DNA of 64,000 bases from Pseudomonas phage HPP-Temi: sequence record PP968062.1. One strand, given 5' to 3'. The notes under the pieces are model-generated. The model did no database searches, was not told the DNA's origin, and was given only the letters and a program-made list of their open reading frames with translations. The position numbers and the translations under genes were made by a program. This document shows, one piece after another, positions 19,983-28,878 of the stretch (position 1 is its first letter; each line of letters begins with the position of its first letter).

Positions 19983-20243
19983 TTACTTCATAAACATCCA
20001 GGGTGGCATCTGTAGCGTCGTGTAGACACTAACCAAAGCCGTGAGGAGAAGCACTAGGTAAATAGCAAAGCTAATAGCCCAGCTAACACAGAGGAACATA
20101 CAGAAGTACTTCCAATTGGGAAGCCACTTGCATACGCCCATTACGAACAGCCATGACACGATATAACCAATCAGGAACATCAGTCCTGGGAAGCTAATCG
20201 TAGCGTAGATAAAGGCAATTGGGTTGGTGAACATCAGATCCAT
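19983..20243 (-). CDS. small membrane protein (3 TM)
   Basis: Hydrophobic helices; cluster member. Confidence 0.55.
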   Translation of the reverse strand: MDLMFTNPIAFIYATISFPGLMFLIGYIVSWLFVMGVCKWLPNWKYFCMFLCVSWAISFAIYLVLLLTALVSVYTTLQMPPWMFMK

Positions 20244-20251
20244 GTTGGTCC

Positions 20252-20440
20252 CTATTTAGGAAGCATGTCAAAGAGATGGTATCCTGCGTAGCCTGTAACA
20301 GCGATTATGACCATTCCAATAAGAACCGTTACGATTCTATCCGACGGGGTCTTACCGCTTGCTACAAGCCCGTAGAACGTCGTTAAGCCTCCTATCAACA
20401 ACAGGGTGAAGAAGGCAAAGACTATTACGGTCCAACTCAT
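20252..20440 (-). CDS. small membrane protein (2 TM)
   Basis: Hydrophobic helices; cluster member. Confidence 0.55.
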   Translation of the reverse strand: MSWTVIVFAFFTLLLIGGLTTFYGLVASGKTPSDRIVTVLIGMVIIAVTGYAGYHLFDMLPK

Positions 20441-20443
20441 AGG

Positions 20444-20644
20444 TCAACTCAGGAAGATGATGTAGAAGGCAGCGATCACCAGCAAGATTACCGCCAGGAT
20501 TGCCGCCAGTGGACCGGAGATATTGAAAGCTTTCGCCAACTCGATCGGCATGTGGGATGTTTTAACACCCAATGCGTGCTTCAGGCAATACACGGCGAAC
20601 AGGATAATGATCAGAAAGCAGAAAACGTTAGACAGAAATGCCAT
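20444..20644 (-). CDS. small membrane protein (2 TM)
   Basis: Hydrophobic helices; cluster member. Confidence 0.55.
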   Translation of the reverse strand: MAFLSNVFCFLIIILFAVYCLKHALGVKTSHMPIELAKAFNISGPLAAILAVILLVIAAFYIIFLS

Positions 20645-20691
20645 GGTATTACTCCTTTAGAGGGGCTATATTCATTGTTGTAATATAGGCT

Positions 20692-21051
20692 TTAAACCAG
20701 TTTAAGTACATACGACAGGTTAGCCATAGCAAACAGGGCTACTGTAAAGAACCCAAACCAACCGATGAAGTAGTAACGATAATCACGCCACCACTTGGGA
20801 GTATCATAACCATTCGGATTGATTACAGCATTACCGATACCCAATACACAGGTCCAGATAGCTGCAACACCAGTAAGGATACTCAGCGTAGTGAACGGTA
20901 GATAAATATACGCTGCGATAGGGATAGCAATAACCGCAACAAGAATGCAGAACATCAGGTTGGGGAAAGGAAGAGCACCGTGGGGAGCGTTTTCATAAGC
21001 GTGTTGAGAGAAAGTAGTCATTTCATTTTCCTTAGATGTTGGTAACAGCAA
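20692..21051 (-). CDS. membrane protein (3-4 TM)
   Basis: Hydrophobic helices; cluster member. Confidence 0.55.
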   Translation of the reverse strand: MLLPTSKENEMTTFSQHAYENAPHGALPFPNLMFCILVAVIAIPIAAYIYLPFTTLSILTGVAAIWTCVLGIGNAVINPNGYDTPKWWRDYRYYFIGWFGFFTVALFAMANLSYVLKLV

Positions 21052-21328
21052 TTACAAACAGGATCAGCGTAAAGTAAGTTAATACCAGGTAACATTTCTT
21101 TACGAACGTATGGATCAATCGGGTCAACGCAATCTCAGAATACTCTATAGACTGCTTTATTAACGTCGGTTTGATGTTCTGTCCGGCTAAACGTAACATG
21201 TGTTTATAGTGCGCGGTTCTGTACTCCTCGCGGAGCTTCAGTTCCAATACATACATCATGACGGCTAATATCGGTGAAACAATAAGCAGGATCACAGGTG
21301 ACATTTCTCTATTTCCTCTTCGTGGCAT
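21032..21328 (-). CDS. small membrane protein (2 TM)
   Basis: ORF track 21032..21337 (GTG); ATG at 21326-21328. Confidence 0.5.
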   Translation of the reverse strand: MPRRGNREMSPVILLIVSPILAVMMYVLELKLREEYRTAHYKHMLRLAGQNIKPTLIKQSIEYSEIALTRLIHTFVKKCYLVLTYFTLILFVIAVTNI

Positions 21329-21353
21329 AAAGCCCACCCGGAGGTGGGCTATG
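21328..21353 (-). terminator. hairpin GCCCACC-cgga-GGTGGGC + CTATG
   Basis: 7-bp stem 3' of helicase gene; CATAAAG 5' flank. Confidence 0.6.
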
Positions 21354-21354
21354 T

Positions 21355-22890
21355 TTAGTGCATGGATATACGCCGTAGCACCATCGACAATGTCTTCCCA
21401 GCGAAATGTTCTCCTTTATTACGTGCATATCTCACGTGATGCGGTATGTTCTCGCAGACCATGTAGGTCAAACGTGGGACTACGTCAAGGAAATCTTTCA
21501 GCTTACGGAGACGACCCAGAATTTGGATGTTGTCTTTCTTCGAGTCAGTTGCTTGGAGAAGCACTACCTCACGAAGGTTAGGAATGTCTACACCTGTACC
21601 GGATGACTTAATAGTAGACACCGTAATGTCGTTATTAAGTAGCTGATCGTAACTACACCCAGAGACATGTCCGTTAACAGTCAAGTCAGGGAACTTAGTC
21701 TTCAGGTATTTAACCAGCTTTTCAATGAAGGCTACAGTTGCACACAGGAGGAGTAGCTTCTGACCAGGTAAGCGGTCTTTCACATACACGCCTTCTGCAA
21801 TACGACCAACCATCTTGAAGTATTCATCCATCCGCTTAGGATCTTTCATCATTACTGTTTCGTAACGCGCATGGTTATACGTGTTCTTAAACGGAGTCAG
21901 ATAATCCTTAGGCTTGATCTTAGGTTCGGTGTAGAGTAACCCCATGCAGTTGATGTAGACGTCGTAGTTAGGCAACCGACACATCGTCTCGGCAGGCAAC
22001 ATCTTGTCAATCATCTTCGTCACGTAGGCATTCCCTGTGTAGGGAGTAGCCGACAGATATATCTGCTTATTAATGTTCGAGTAAATATCGATCCGGAAGG
22101 TTAGACCTGGATCCTCTTGAATCTCGTCATTGATTTGGCAGCCTGCTTGGATTGCTTCGTGGAACCGGGGCGGTGGTACATTATACCCGAGCTCATGGAG
22201 TCGGTTTCCGTACTTCTCGAAGTTATCAAGATATGCCCGGTAGGTAGTAGAAGAGATTACAATAACGTCAATCCCTTCAAGATCGTTTTCAACGCCACGA
22301 TCAATCAGTTTCTGAAGCTCGGCGGAACCAGAGATTGTGATGTATCTCTGAGCAATGTCTTTGTACGTGTTCTGGAGAGCCTCAATCCAAATACCGAAGT
22401 ACTTGGGAGGAACCATCACAACGCAACGACACATCATCGAGGCAAGGGATGCTAGACTTGTTAGGGTCTTTCCTTTACCTGTTTGTAGGTCAACTCGTGC
22501 AGAGTGTAACCAGTCCCGCAAAATGTCTTCACGGATGATTTCCTGATAATCCCGCAGTACGTATTTTTCGTACATCTCGTAGGTAGCTGCTGCTGCCTTT
22601 GGGACAGGGATATCCTCAATCTCGACTCGTTCTCTTGGGATACCTTTGTTCTCCAGATAACCGATCAGGTCTTCTAGTGAATTTCGGTGGATATAAGTCT
22701 CTGATAGATCTTCGAAACAACCATAGTACTTTTTCTTGAGTTCCATGATGATTCGATTACCAGGGATCTTCTTAGGTTCTTTCAAAGAAAGCCCTTCAAG
22801 AAACCCCTGCATTTTAGCGAACGTTTCCCGAGTATACCCAGATAGTCGGACACCATGCGTATAGCGCTCAGCCTTGAGTATCGGTACCAT
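21355..22890 (-). CDS. SF2 helicase (DExH/D-box-like)
   Basis: Walker A TGKGKT, DEIQ box, SAT (LSATP), motif VI QILGRLRK. Confidence 0.8.
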   Translation of the reverse strand: MVPILKAERYTHGVRLSGYTRETFAKMQGFLEGLSLKEPKKIPGNRIIMELKKKYYGCFEDLSETYIHRNSLEDLIGYLENKGIPRERVEIEDIPVPKAAAATYEMYEKYVLRDYQEIIREDILRDWLHSARVDLQTGKGKTLTSLASLASMMCRCVVMVPPKYFGIWIEALQNTYKDIAQRYITISGSAELQKLIDRGVENDLEGIDVIVISSTTYRAYLDNFEKYGNRLHELGYNVPPPRFHEAIQAGCQINDEIQEDPGLTFRIDIYSNINKQIYLSATPYTGNAYVTKMIDKMLPAETMCRLPNYDVYINCMGLLYTEPKIKPKDYLTPFKNTYNHARYETVMMKDPKRMDEYFKMVGRIAEGVYVKDRLPGQKLLLLCATVAFIEKLVKYLKTKFPDLTVNGHVSGCSYDQLLNNDITVSTIKSSGTGVDIPNLREVVLLQATDSKKDNIQILGRLRKLKDFLDVVPRLTYMVCENIPHHVRYARNKGEHFAGKTLSMVLRRISMH

Positions 22891-22904
22891 AAAAAATCAA
22901 CGAG

Positions 22905-22930
22905 GGGAATGGGAGAGCCGAAGCTCTCCC
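22905..22930 (-). terminator. hairpin GGGAGAGC-cgaa-GCTCTCCC followed on minus RNA by UUGAUUUUUUAUG (start codon of helicase)
   Basis: 8-bp stem between beta' C gene stop and helicase start. Confidence 0.65.
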
Positions 22931-22946
22931 AACCTCGGCCTCCAGC

Positions 22947-24920
22947 TTAGAGCAGTTTGCCTCCCATGACCGCGAGATCGTAGGGATGGTCGTTCCTCAG
23001 TGTGTAGAGGAAACTGCCAGGATTGTTCAACGGCTCATGTTGCTTCTCGAACGACATCGCACCTGCCAACGAACGGGACATCATCAGTTTGTTGTATTTC
23101 TCAAACTGACCCGTTATACCCGGCTTAGGCAGACGGTAATCGCGATCAGCGATAGAGCGCACCATCATAGCATAAACCAGAACCTCACAGTGAATTGCGT
23201 TCAGAGAGAACTTCTCGTTCAGCAGAGCCACAGTAGCCGCCAATGCATCAACGGGGTCTTTGTAGTTCTTAAGATAAGTCTTGCTAGTAAAACCTACCTT
23301 ATCTGAACTCAGTTTCGAACCTTCGGTATCACTACCGGAGTGCAGGAACGACTGGATACGCTTCATCACTTCGTACATGTTTACGTGCTTGTTCGGCAGC
23401 GTCAGGAACGGCAGAGTAAAGTCAAACCCAGCCATATCGATCACGATGTTATCGCGAGCATCCAGTTCCCAACGTACACGTTTGATGTGTTGTAGCATTT
23501 CAGTCGACAGACTAGCTCGACGGTTATACAGCGATACCGTCAGAACGTCACCTTCATCCACCCCTTCCACAGTACGAACCAAACCGATGCGTGTCAGTTC
23601 AGAAGCACTAGGCGCTGGATATGCACTCAGGTCATCAATCATCAGAATGTCGGCGAGGTTTTGTGCCTCGTTACGACCAATCATCAGACGGAAGCCTTTA
23701 CCCGATAGTTCTTTCTTCAGGTACAGCGTTTCAGCAGCAGAGCCTGTACGCAGATACTTCGCTTCGATACCACCGATCTGATACTGTTCAACCGCGGAGG
23801 TTGCGTCAGTGTGTTTAGTCGACAATACCGCAGAGGTGATCTTGTCACCCATGGATACAGCAGACACCTGACCAATGACAGTTCCTTTCGGAATGGAGAA
23901 GCTCAGTCGACCATAGCAACGGGAACATACGCCCTGAGGATCCGGATGCATACAACCCAGGATGGAACGCATCTTGATCTTCTTACCGATCAGATGTTTC
24001 TCATCACCTTTCAGCCAATCCAGTTGCCCAGTCTGTTCATTCAGATAGTACTTACCACGCAGTGCTTTCAACGTACCCTGCATTACAGGGAAGTCGATCA
24101 GATGACCATTACAGTCACCAGTGTGCAGGTTCTGTACGTACTGAGCAATCAGCTGAGATTTCCGGTTGAAGTACTCGGTTACTCGCAGAAGCTCTTTGTT
24201 ATACAGCAGAGCTTTTGTACCGGAGCGGGATTCGATCATGTTTTCATACAGACCCCAGATACCGTCAATGTAACCAGTGGTACACGGTTCACTGAAGATG
24301 TCAGAGTTAATGTCTGTCGGAAAACCACGAGGACCATATGCCTGGAGCAGCTGTTCCATTTTCTGCGTACCCGAACGCAGGCCTTCGATGATGCTGTTAC
24401 CACGGAACTGAGTTTCGTCGTTGAATGCCTCCTTAATCATGCCATAGGAAATATTCTCGATACCATGGGTAGTAGGCTGAACGTTTTCGTTTGCCTTTCG
24501 TACGGCCGGGTGGTTGTACACTTCCATGATATCGAAGATCGACAGAGTTGCGATGTAGGCACTCAGTCGAGTAGTGGTTTCGTTATACAGCCAGTTTTTA
24601 CCTTCGATGGCCAGCTTAGCCAGAATCTCAGGATCAATCTGTTCACCACTCCAACCGTGAATACCCCAGATCACTTTGTTCAGATACTTCACCAGGGACT
24701 TAGAGGTAACCCGAGTGGACGCCAGGTGATAGTCTTTCAGAACTGGTGCATCGGGGAAAGCTTTCAGTGGATACCAGAGCAGAACCGATAGCTTGGTGAT
24801 CCGATCTTTTGCATAGAGTTTCTCTCCGTCATCAAAGACGATCTCATGCCATTCACTCGGAATGGACCACAGTTCGTCATAGCTCATGTTGAGAAGATCG
24901 CGTGCTTTATACTGCTTCAT
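22947..24920 (-). CDS. multisubunit RNAP beta' subunit, C-terminal segment (paralog 2, likely non-virion RNAP)
   Basis: RCYGRLSFSIPKGTVIGQVSAVSMGDKITSAVLSTKH aligns to beta' CAHCYGRDL...[23 protein letters not shown]. Confidence 0.7.
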   Translation of the reverse strand: MKQYKARDLLNMSYDELWSIPSEWHEIVFDDGEKLYAKDRITKLSVLLWYPLKAFPDAPVLKDYHLASTRVTSKSLVKYLNKVIWGIHGWSGEQIDPEILAKLAIEGKNWLYNETTTRLSAYIATLSIFDIMEVYNHPAVRKANENVQPTTHGIENISYGMIKEAFNDETQFRGNSIIEGLRSGTQKMEQLLQAYGPRGFPTDINSDIFSEPCTTGYIDGIWGLYENMIESRSGTKALLYNKELLRVTEYFNRKSQLIAQYVQNLHTGDCNGHLIDFPVMQGTLKALRGKYYLNEQTGQLDWLKGDEKHLIGKKIKMRSILGCMHPDPQGVCSRCYGRLSFSIPKGTVIGQVSAVSMGDKITSAVLSTKHTDATSAVEQYQIGGIEAKYLRTGSAAETLYLKKELSGKGFRLMIGRNEAQNLADILMIDDLSAYPAPSASELTRIGLVRTVEGVDEGDVLTVSLYNRRASLSTEMLQHIKRVRWELDARDNIVIDMAGFDFTLPFLTLPNKHVNMYEVMKRIQSFLHSGSDTEGSKLSSDKVGFTSKTYLKNYKDPVDALAATVALLNEKFSLNAIHCEVLVYAMMVRSIADRDYRLPKPGITGQFEKYNKLMMSRSLAGAMSFEKQHEPLNNPGSFLYTLRNDHPYDLAVMGGKLL

Positions 24921-24946
24921 TATTTACCTCTTGGCCTACGGCCTGG

Positions 24947-27058
24947 TTAAACACCAGGCGCGTACTTGAACTGCAACCCACGGCATTCCAGCAAGTGAGA
25001 CAGGAGTCCCACCGGACGGGAGTTACCGAACGGGATCTTAGAACGATCAACTGCCTTCTCGATGTTGGACGGCTGGTCCGCAGTCAGGATGGAGTTGATC
25101 ACAGCAACGTGAGCTTCTGGGTTGTTGGTTTGGTCCAGCAACTCTACGGTAGGCAATGCACCCACAGTACAGTTATAAGAACGAGTCTCGGATTCACCGA
25201 ACGAACGAATCGCGCTCTCACGACCAGGAGTACTGGAACGATCAGAGTTATTCAGCTTCGACGGTAGACCGAACTGTTGAGTCTTCACAGATGCTACAGC
25301 CGACCAGTCTTCACCGATCTTTTCCAGAAGCATCATGTAAAGCGGACCGAGCAACATTGGATCTTTGGTAGTCACCTCTTTGCCAGTCTGGTCACGATAC
25401 GTAACCGGAGCATATGTCGGACAGAACCGGGATTCCAGGATCTTGTTACTTGCAGTCGGCAGATGGACCGGATCGTCTACCGGAGAATACAAATAAGCAA
25501 ACCCGTCACGCAGAACGTGTGCTACGTGTTGAATAGGGTTCGGATGATCCTTAACCATTCCATGCATAGTCGGAGTGACGATTGCATAGAAGTCCAGCAG
25601 TTCATTGAATGCGTACTTAACGAAGTCAGCGTTGTTACGGATGTGGTTAACCACTGCATCCAGTTCATACGAACCATGACGCTCTAGCCCACATTCAATT
25701 CGGAGACGTTGAGCCAGATCGCGAGATGCTGCACCGAAACCATGTTCATAGATACGACCATAGTTAGAACGACGCATAGTCGAGCCGCCAAAGATAACAA
25801 CATCTGCAACGTTACCATTCACGTCACGAGGCATATCTGCTCGCTTCATGATCTTACAAACGACACCTTTTCCGCCATGAAAATCAGTAGCTTTATATGC
25901 ACCGCCCGGTTCTTTAATCGATTCATAGGTGATTTCAACACGCCATTCATCAAGTTGATCCAGTCGATACATACGTGTCAGCTTACGTTGACCTTCGGCT
26001 TGAGGCAGATAGATCATCGCTTCTACTACAAGTTGACGAAACTCCTCGGTCATATGGAGGCGATCTTTACGGCGGGCAGACAGACCTTTATATACCTTGA
26101 TGATCTCACGGTAATACGAAGCCAGGGCATCGTAGTACTTACGCAGTTGACCATCCATACCACTTGGAGTGAATGAAGGATTCTGGCGATCATCCCAATA
26201 CACTTTGATGTCTTTAATGATCGCACCTGGATCGCCAATTACAGCACGATCGAAAGTGCGGTCCAAAGTACGCAGTGCACGAGGAGTCATTTCAGCTGGA
26301 GACAGATCGTCATCAAGATCACGTACTGCGAAGATCACACCATCATCACGAATACGTTCACCAATATCCGGGAACAGTTTGATGTTGTTGTCATCACCGT
26401 ACATATTCAGGAAGAACGCTTTCTTACCAGCGCCACCAGTTGCAGTTGTGTAAGTGCGAGGAGCCATCTTCTCACGAAGGAACTCATCGCAGAAGACGAA
26501 ACCGTCCTCAATAGTACCAGGCATAGAACCGAACATTACAGTTGCGTTCACACCCATGCCCAGCAGACCGTTTTCTTTAACAGTAGTAGATTGAGCGATC
26601 ACAGTGTCCTTGGCGAACATCTCACCTACAGACAGATTATTCCATACGTCTTTCTGCTTCTCCAGTTTGAATCCGAAGTCCTGGTGGAAGCTGAGGTACT
26701 CAGGTACATGAATCACACCGATCCGTTTGAACTCGTCGTAGTACTCCTCGTACACGATCGTAGTCACGGGGTTATGACGAATGGAACCGTTACCTACACC
26801 AGTGGGATATTTACGGATTACGTTCAGTACCACACAGTCAGTTGGGAACCGAATGTCGAACGTATGTTCAGCGTAACGCATTTCAATGCCCGCCATTACC
26901 CGGCGAGGCTCGTTCCCTTCCACTACAGGCGATTGACCAATGTGGGACAACAGCATCGCGCCACGAGCAGCGGATGTGGTTCCGTAATACGGGTCAATTG
27001 CTGCGTGACCGAGCAACCTCAGGTTGATTTCACGGACAGCGTTTGCGAGACTTTGCAT
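24947..27058 (-). CDS. multisubunit RNAP beta subunit (C-terminal portion)
   Basis: RSNYGRIYEHGFGAASRDLAQRL resembles beta [25 protein letters not shown]; adjacent to beta' C gene as in phiKZ non-virion RNAP locus. Confidence 0.7.
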   Translation of the reverse strand: MQSLANAVREINLRLLGHAAIDPYYGTTSAARGAMLLSHIGQSPVVEGNEPRRVMAGIEMRYAEHTFDIRFPTDCVVLNVIRKYPTGVGNGSIRHNPVTTIVYEEYYDEFKRIGVIHVPEYLSFHQDFGFKLEKQKDVWNNLSVGEMFAKDTVIAQSTTVKENGLLGMGVNATVMFGSMPGTIEDGFVFCDEFLREKMAPRTYTTATGGAGKKAFFLNMYGDDNNIKLFPDIGERIRDDGVIFAVRDLDDDLSPAEMTPRALRTLDRTFDRAVIGDPGAIIKDIKVYWDDRQNPSFTPSGMDGQLRKYYDALASYYREIIKVYKGLSARRKDRLHMTEEFRQLVVEAMIYLPQAEGQRKLTRMYRLDQLDEWRVEITYESIKEPGGAYKATDFHGGKGVVCKIMKRADMPRDVNGNVADVVIFGGSTMRRSNYGRIYEHGFGAASRDLAQRLRIECGLERHGSYELDAVVNHIRNNADFVKYAFNELLDFYAIVTPTMHGMVKDHPNPIQHVAHVLRDGFAYLYSPVDDPVHLPTASNKILESRFCPTYAPVTYRDQTGKEVTTKDPMLLGPLYMMLLEKIGEDWSAVASVKTQQFGLPSKLNNSDRSSTPGRESAIRSFGESETRSYNCTVGALPTVELLDQTNNPEAHVAVINSILTADQPSNIEKAVDRSKIPFGNSRPVGLLSHLLECRGLQFKYAPGV

Positions 27059-27087
27059 CTATAACTCCTGTTGATTCGTTGGTGCAG

Positions 27088-27122
27088 AATGATTATATAG
27101 ATGTGAAAATTATTTTTTTGTA
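27088..27122 (-). promoter_or_regulatory. early-type promoter motif (minus: AAAAAAATAATTTTCACATCTATATAATCAT)
   Basis: Member of 7-copy motif family; 33 nt upstream of beta gene ATG with AGGAG SD. Confidence 0.6.
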
Positions 27123-27132
27123 GGATTCCTCT

Positions 27133-27495
27133 ATGGCATTTACAATTATGGAACAGACTGACAATGGCGGAGCATCGATGTTTTATGATCCTGCCTTCCG
27201 TTTGATTGTCGAAACCCACATTAACATTCTTAGGAATATCAATGCCGTTAGAGTTGAGATCCCTAATGAACTGTACTGGCAGTACGAAGGGAACTTTTAC
27301 GGTTATCTAACTGAAATCGGCGTTGAGCCTGAACTCCATTGGATCTATTTGCGTGTTAATGGAATGGAGAATCCGAATCAGTTCGCTGCTGATGTACGTG
27401 ATCCTCTGGATAAAGCTTACAACAACGTTCTGATAAAACCGTCGAATAATGAGATTGGTGCGCTGCAACAGTTCTACACTAGTCGAAAATTTTAA
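27133..27495 (+). CDS. hypothetical protein (120 aa)
   Basis: ORF track; ends at hairpin 27503-27526. Confidence 0.5.
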   Translation: MAFTIMEQTDNGGASMFYDPAFRLIVETHINILRNINAVRVEIPNELYWQYEGNFYGYLTEIGVEPELHWIYLRVNGMENPNQFAADVRDPLDKAYNNVLIKPSNNEIGALQQFYTSRKF

Positions 27496-27502
27496 AGCTA
27501 AG

Positions 27503-27532
27503 GCAGGGGACCCGAAGGCCCCCTGCTTTATG
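27503..27532. terminator. hairpin GCAGGGG...CCCCTGC + CTTTATG
   Basis: 7-bp stem with CCGAAGG centre between convergent genes. Confidence 0.6.
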
Positions 27533-27537
27533 CCGTC

Positions 27538-28878
27538 TTACACCAGACCCAGACCGTTAGTCTGGCGCATGCCAGCTACAGCTTGCAGGTACGGGTTAGC
27601 CGGTTGGCCATTGCCCATCATCATACCCTGAGGCTGACCACCCATCCATGAAGGGATAGGAGCTGCGGCCTGGATACCACCTTGGTTCATGTTGCCCATG
27701 CCGTTGTTCATCATCATGGGTTGCATCATGGTACCACCCATGTTGTTCATGGGCATCATGCCATTACCTTGCATCATCATGCCGTTGCCCATGGGCATCT
27801 GCATCATCATTCCGGGTTGCTGCATCATCTGCGGTTGCGGATTCTGAGCTGCCATGAATTCACTCATGGAGACAGTATCTTTCTCTACAGGTTTGCTAAC
27901 AGTAGCGGTCGGACGAGTCATCTGCGGGGTAGCAGTTTGAGCAGGAGTAACGGTTGCTACTTGTTTCGATTGTTGAGCTTGACCAACTTCAGCAGTCTCC
28001 GGAGTATCTTCATCACGACCACCCAGGTTGCCATTCAGCGGGGGAATCAGGTTGTAGATCTTCGGGAACTCGTCGATCAGATCCAGATCAAAGACCGGGA
28101 TCGGACTAACAGGAATCTGAAGCGGGATTGCGTAACGATGAATCAGCTGGTTCAGCATCACGATTACTTTGTGATACGCGGTCAGCAGACTGGTGTAATA
28201 CGGAGCTACACGGCTGGTAGTACCAAACGCGTATTCTTCCGGATTGTCACCAAACGGAACGACCAGTTTGAACAACGCGGTCAGAACCTTACGCTGCTTC
28301 TTGGCCATCTTGACACCGAGCACATCATCACTTTCGGCTTGCAGATCTTCCAGGATCGGGAAACGCACAATTGCCATGCGGTTCACTTTCTTACCGTCGT
28401 AGGTACCACCGTTCTTCAGGTATACGGCAACCAGACGATTTTTCTTGGTAGCTGCGGGCATCAGCTTCTCGAACAGACCGACAGTTGCTTTGTCAGCATC
28501 TGCCAGTTTCTTCAGGAAGTCAGTTGCATCCGGCGGAAGGTCCTTGTGGGACGACTTATCCGCTGCGATGGTCAGCAGTTGTTCGGCCATTTTGTGGACG
28601 ACGAAACTGATGTGTGCTTTTGCTGCACGTTGCAGGTACTGGATCACCGGGGAAGTACCCCGGCGACTCAGCGCTTCACTCAGCGGGTGGAACGGCTGGA
28701 AGTCTTCACCGAAGCCCTTACGTAGGAACTTGTCGGTCGGGATAACCAGACGCTTACCGTCTACGGTCGAAGGAGAAGCAGTGCCTACCGGATTGCGGAG
28801 GCTGATGTAACCTTCTTCATCGAACTCGCAGGCGAACGAGGGGAGTACAGATTTATACGAGTCCAAGATCAACGACAT
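27538..28878 (-). CDS. hypothetical protein with Met/Gln/Gly-rich low-complexity C-terminal tail
   Basis: C-terminal ~110 aa: QPQMMQQPGMMMQMPMGNGMMMQGNGMMPMNNMGG... Confidence 0.75.
   Translation of the reverse strand: MSLILDSYKSVLPSFACEFDEEGYISLRNPVGTASPSTVDGKRLVIPTDKFLRKGFGEDFQPFHPLSEALSRRGTSPVIQYLQRAAKAHISFVVHKMAEQLLTIAADKSSHKDLPPDATDFLKKLADADKATVGLFEKLMPAATKKNRLVAVYLKNGGTYDGKKVNRMAIVRFPILEDLQAESDDVLGVKMAKKQRKVLTALFKLVVPFGDNPEEYAFGTTSRVAPYYTSLLTAYHKVIVMLNQLIHRYAIPLQIPVSPIPVFDLDLIDEFPKIYNLIPPLNGNLGGRDEDTPETAEVGQAQQSKQVATVTPAQTATPQMTRPTATVSKPVEKDTVSMSEFMAAQNPQPQMMQQPGMMMQMPMGNGMMMQGNGMMPMNNMGGTMMQPMMMNNGMGNMNQGGIQAAAPIPSWMGGQPQGMMMGNGQPANPYLQAVAGMRQTNGLGLV

Noticed and set aside
19730-21337. 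Calling the membrane-protein cluster a holin-endolysin-spanin lysis cassette
   Set aside because: No endolysin-like catalytic gene (lysozyme, amidase or transglycosylase motifs) is visible nearby, so the assignment stays generic.
27091-27120. Interpreting the TATATAGATCT motifs as inverted-repeat protein binding sites or transposon ends
   Set aside because: All seven copies have the same orientation relative to the downstream minus-strand gene and a fixed distance to the ATG, which fits promoters better than mobile element termini.
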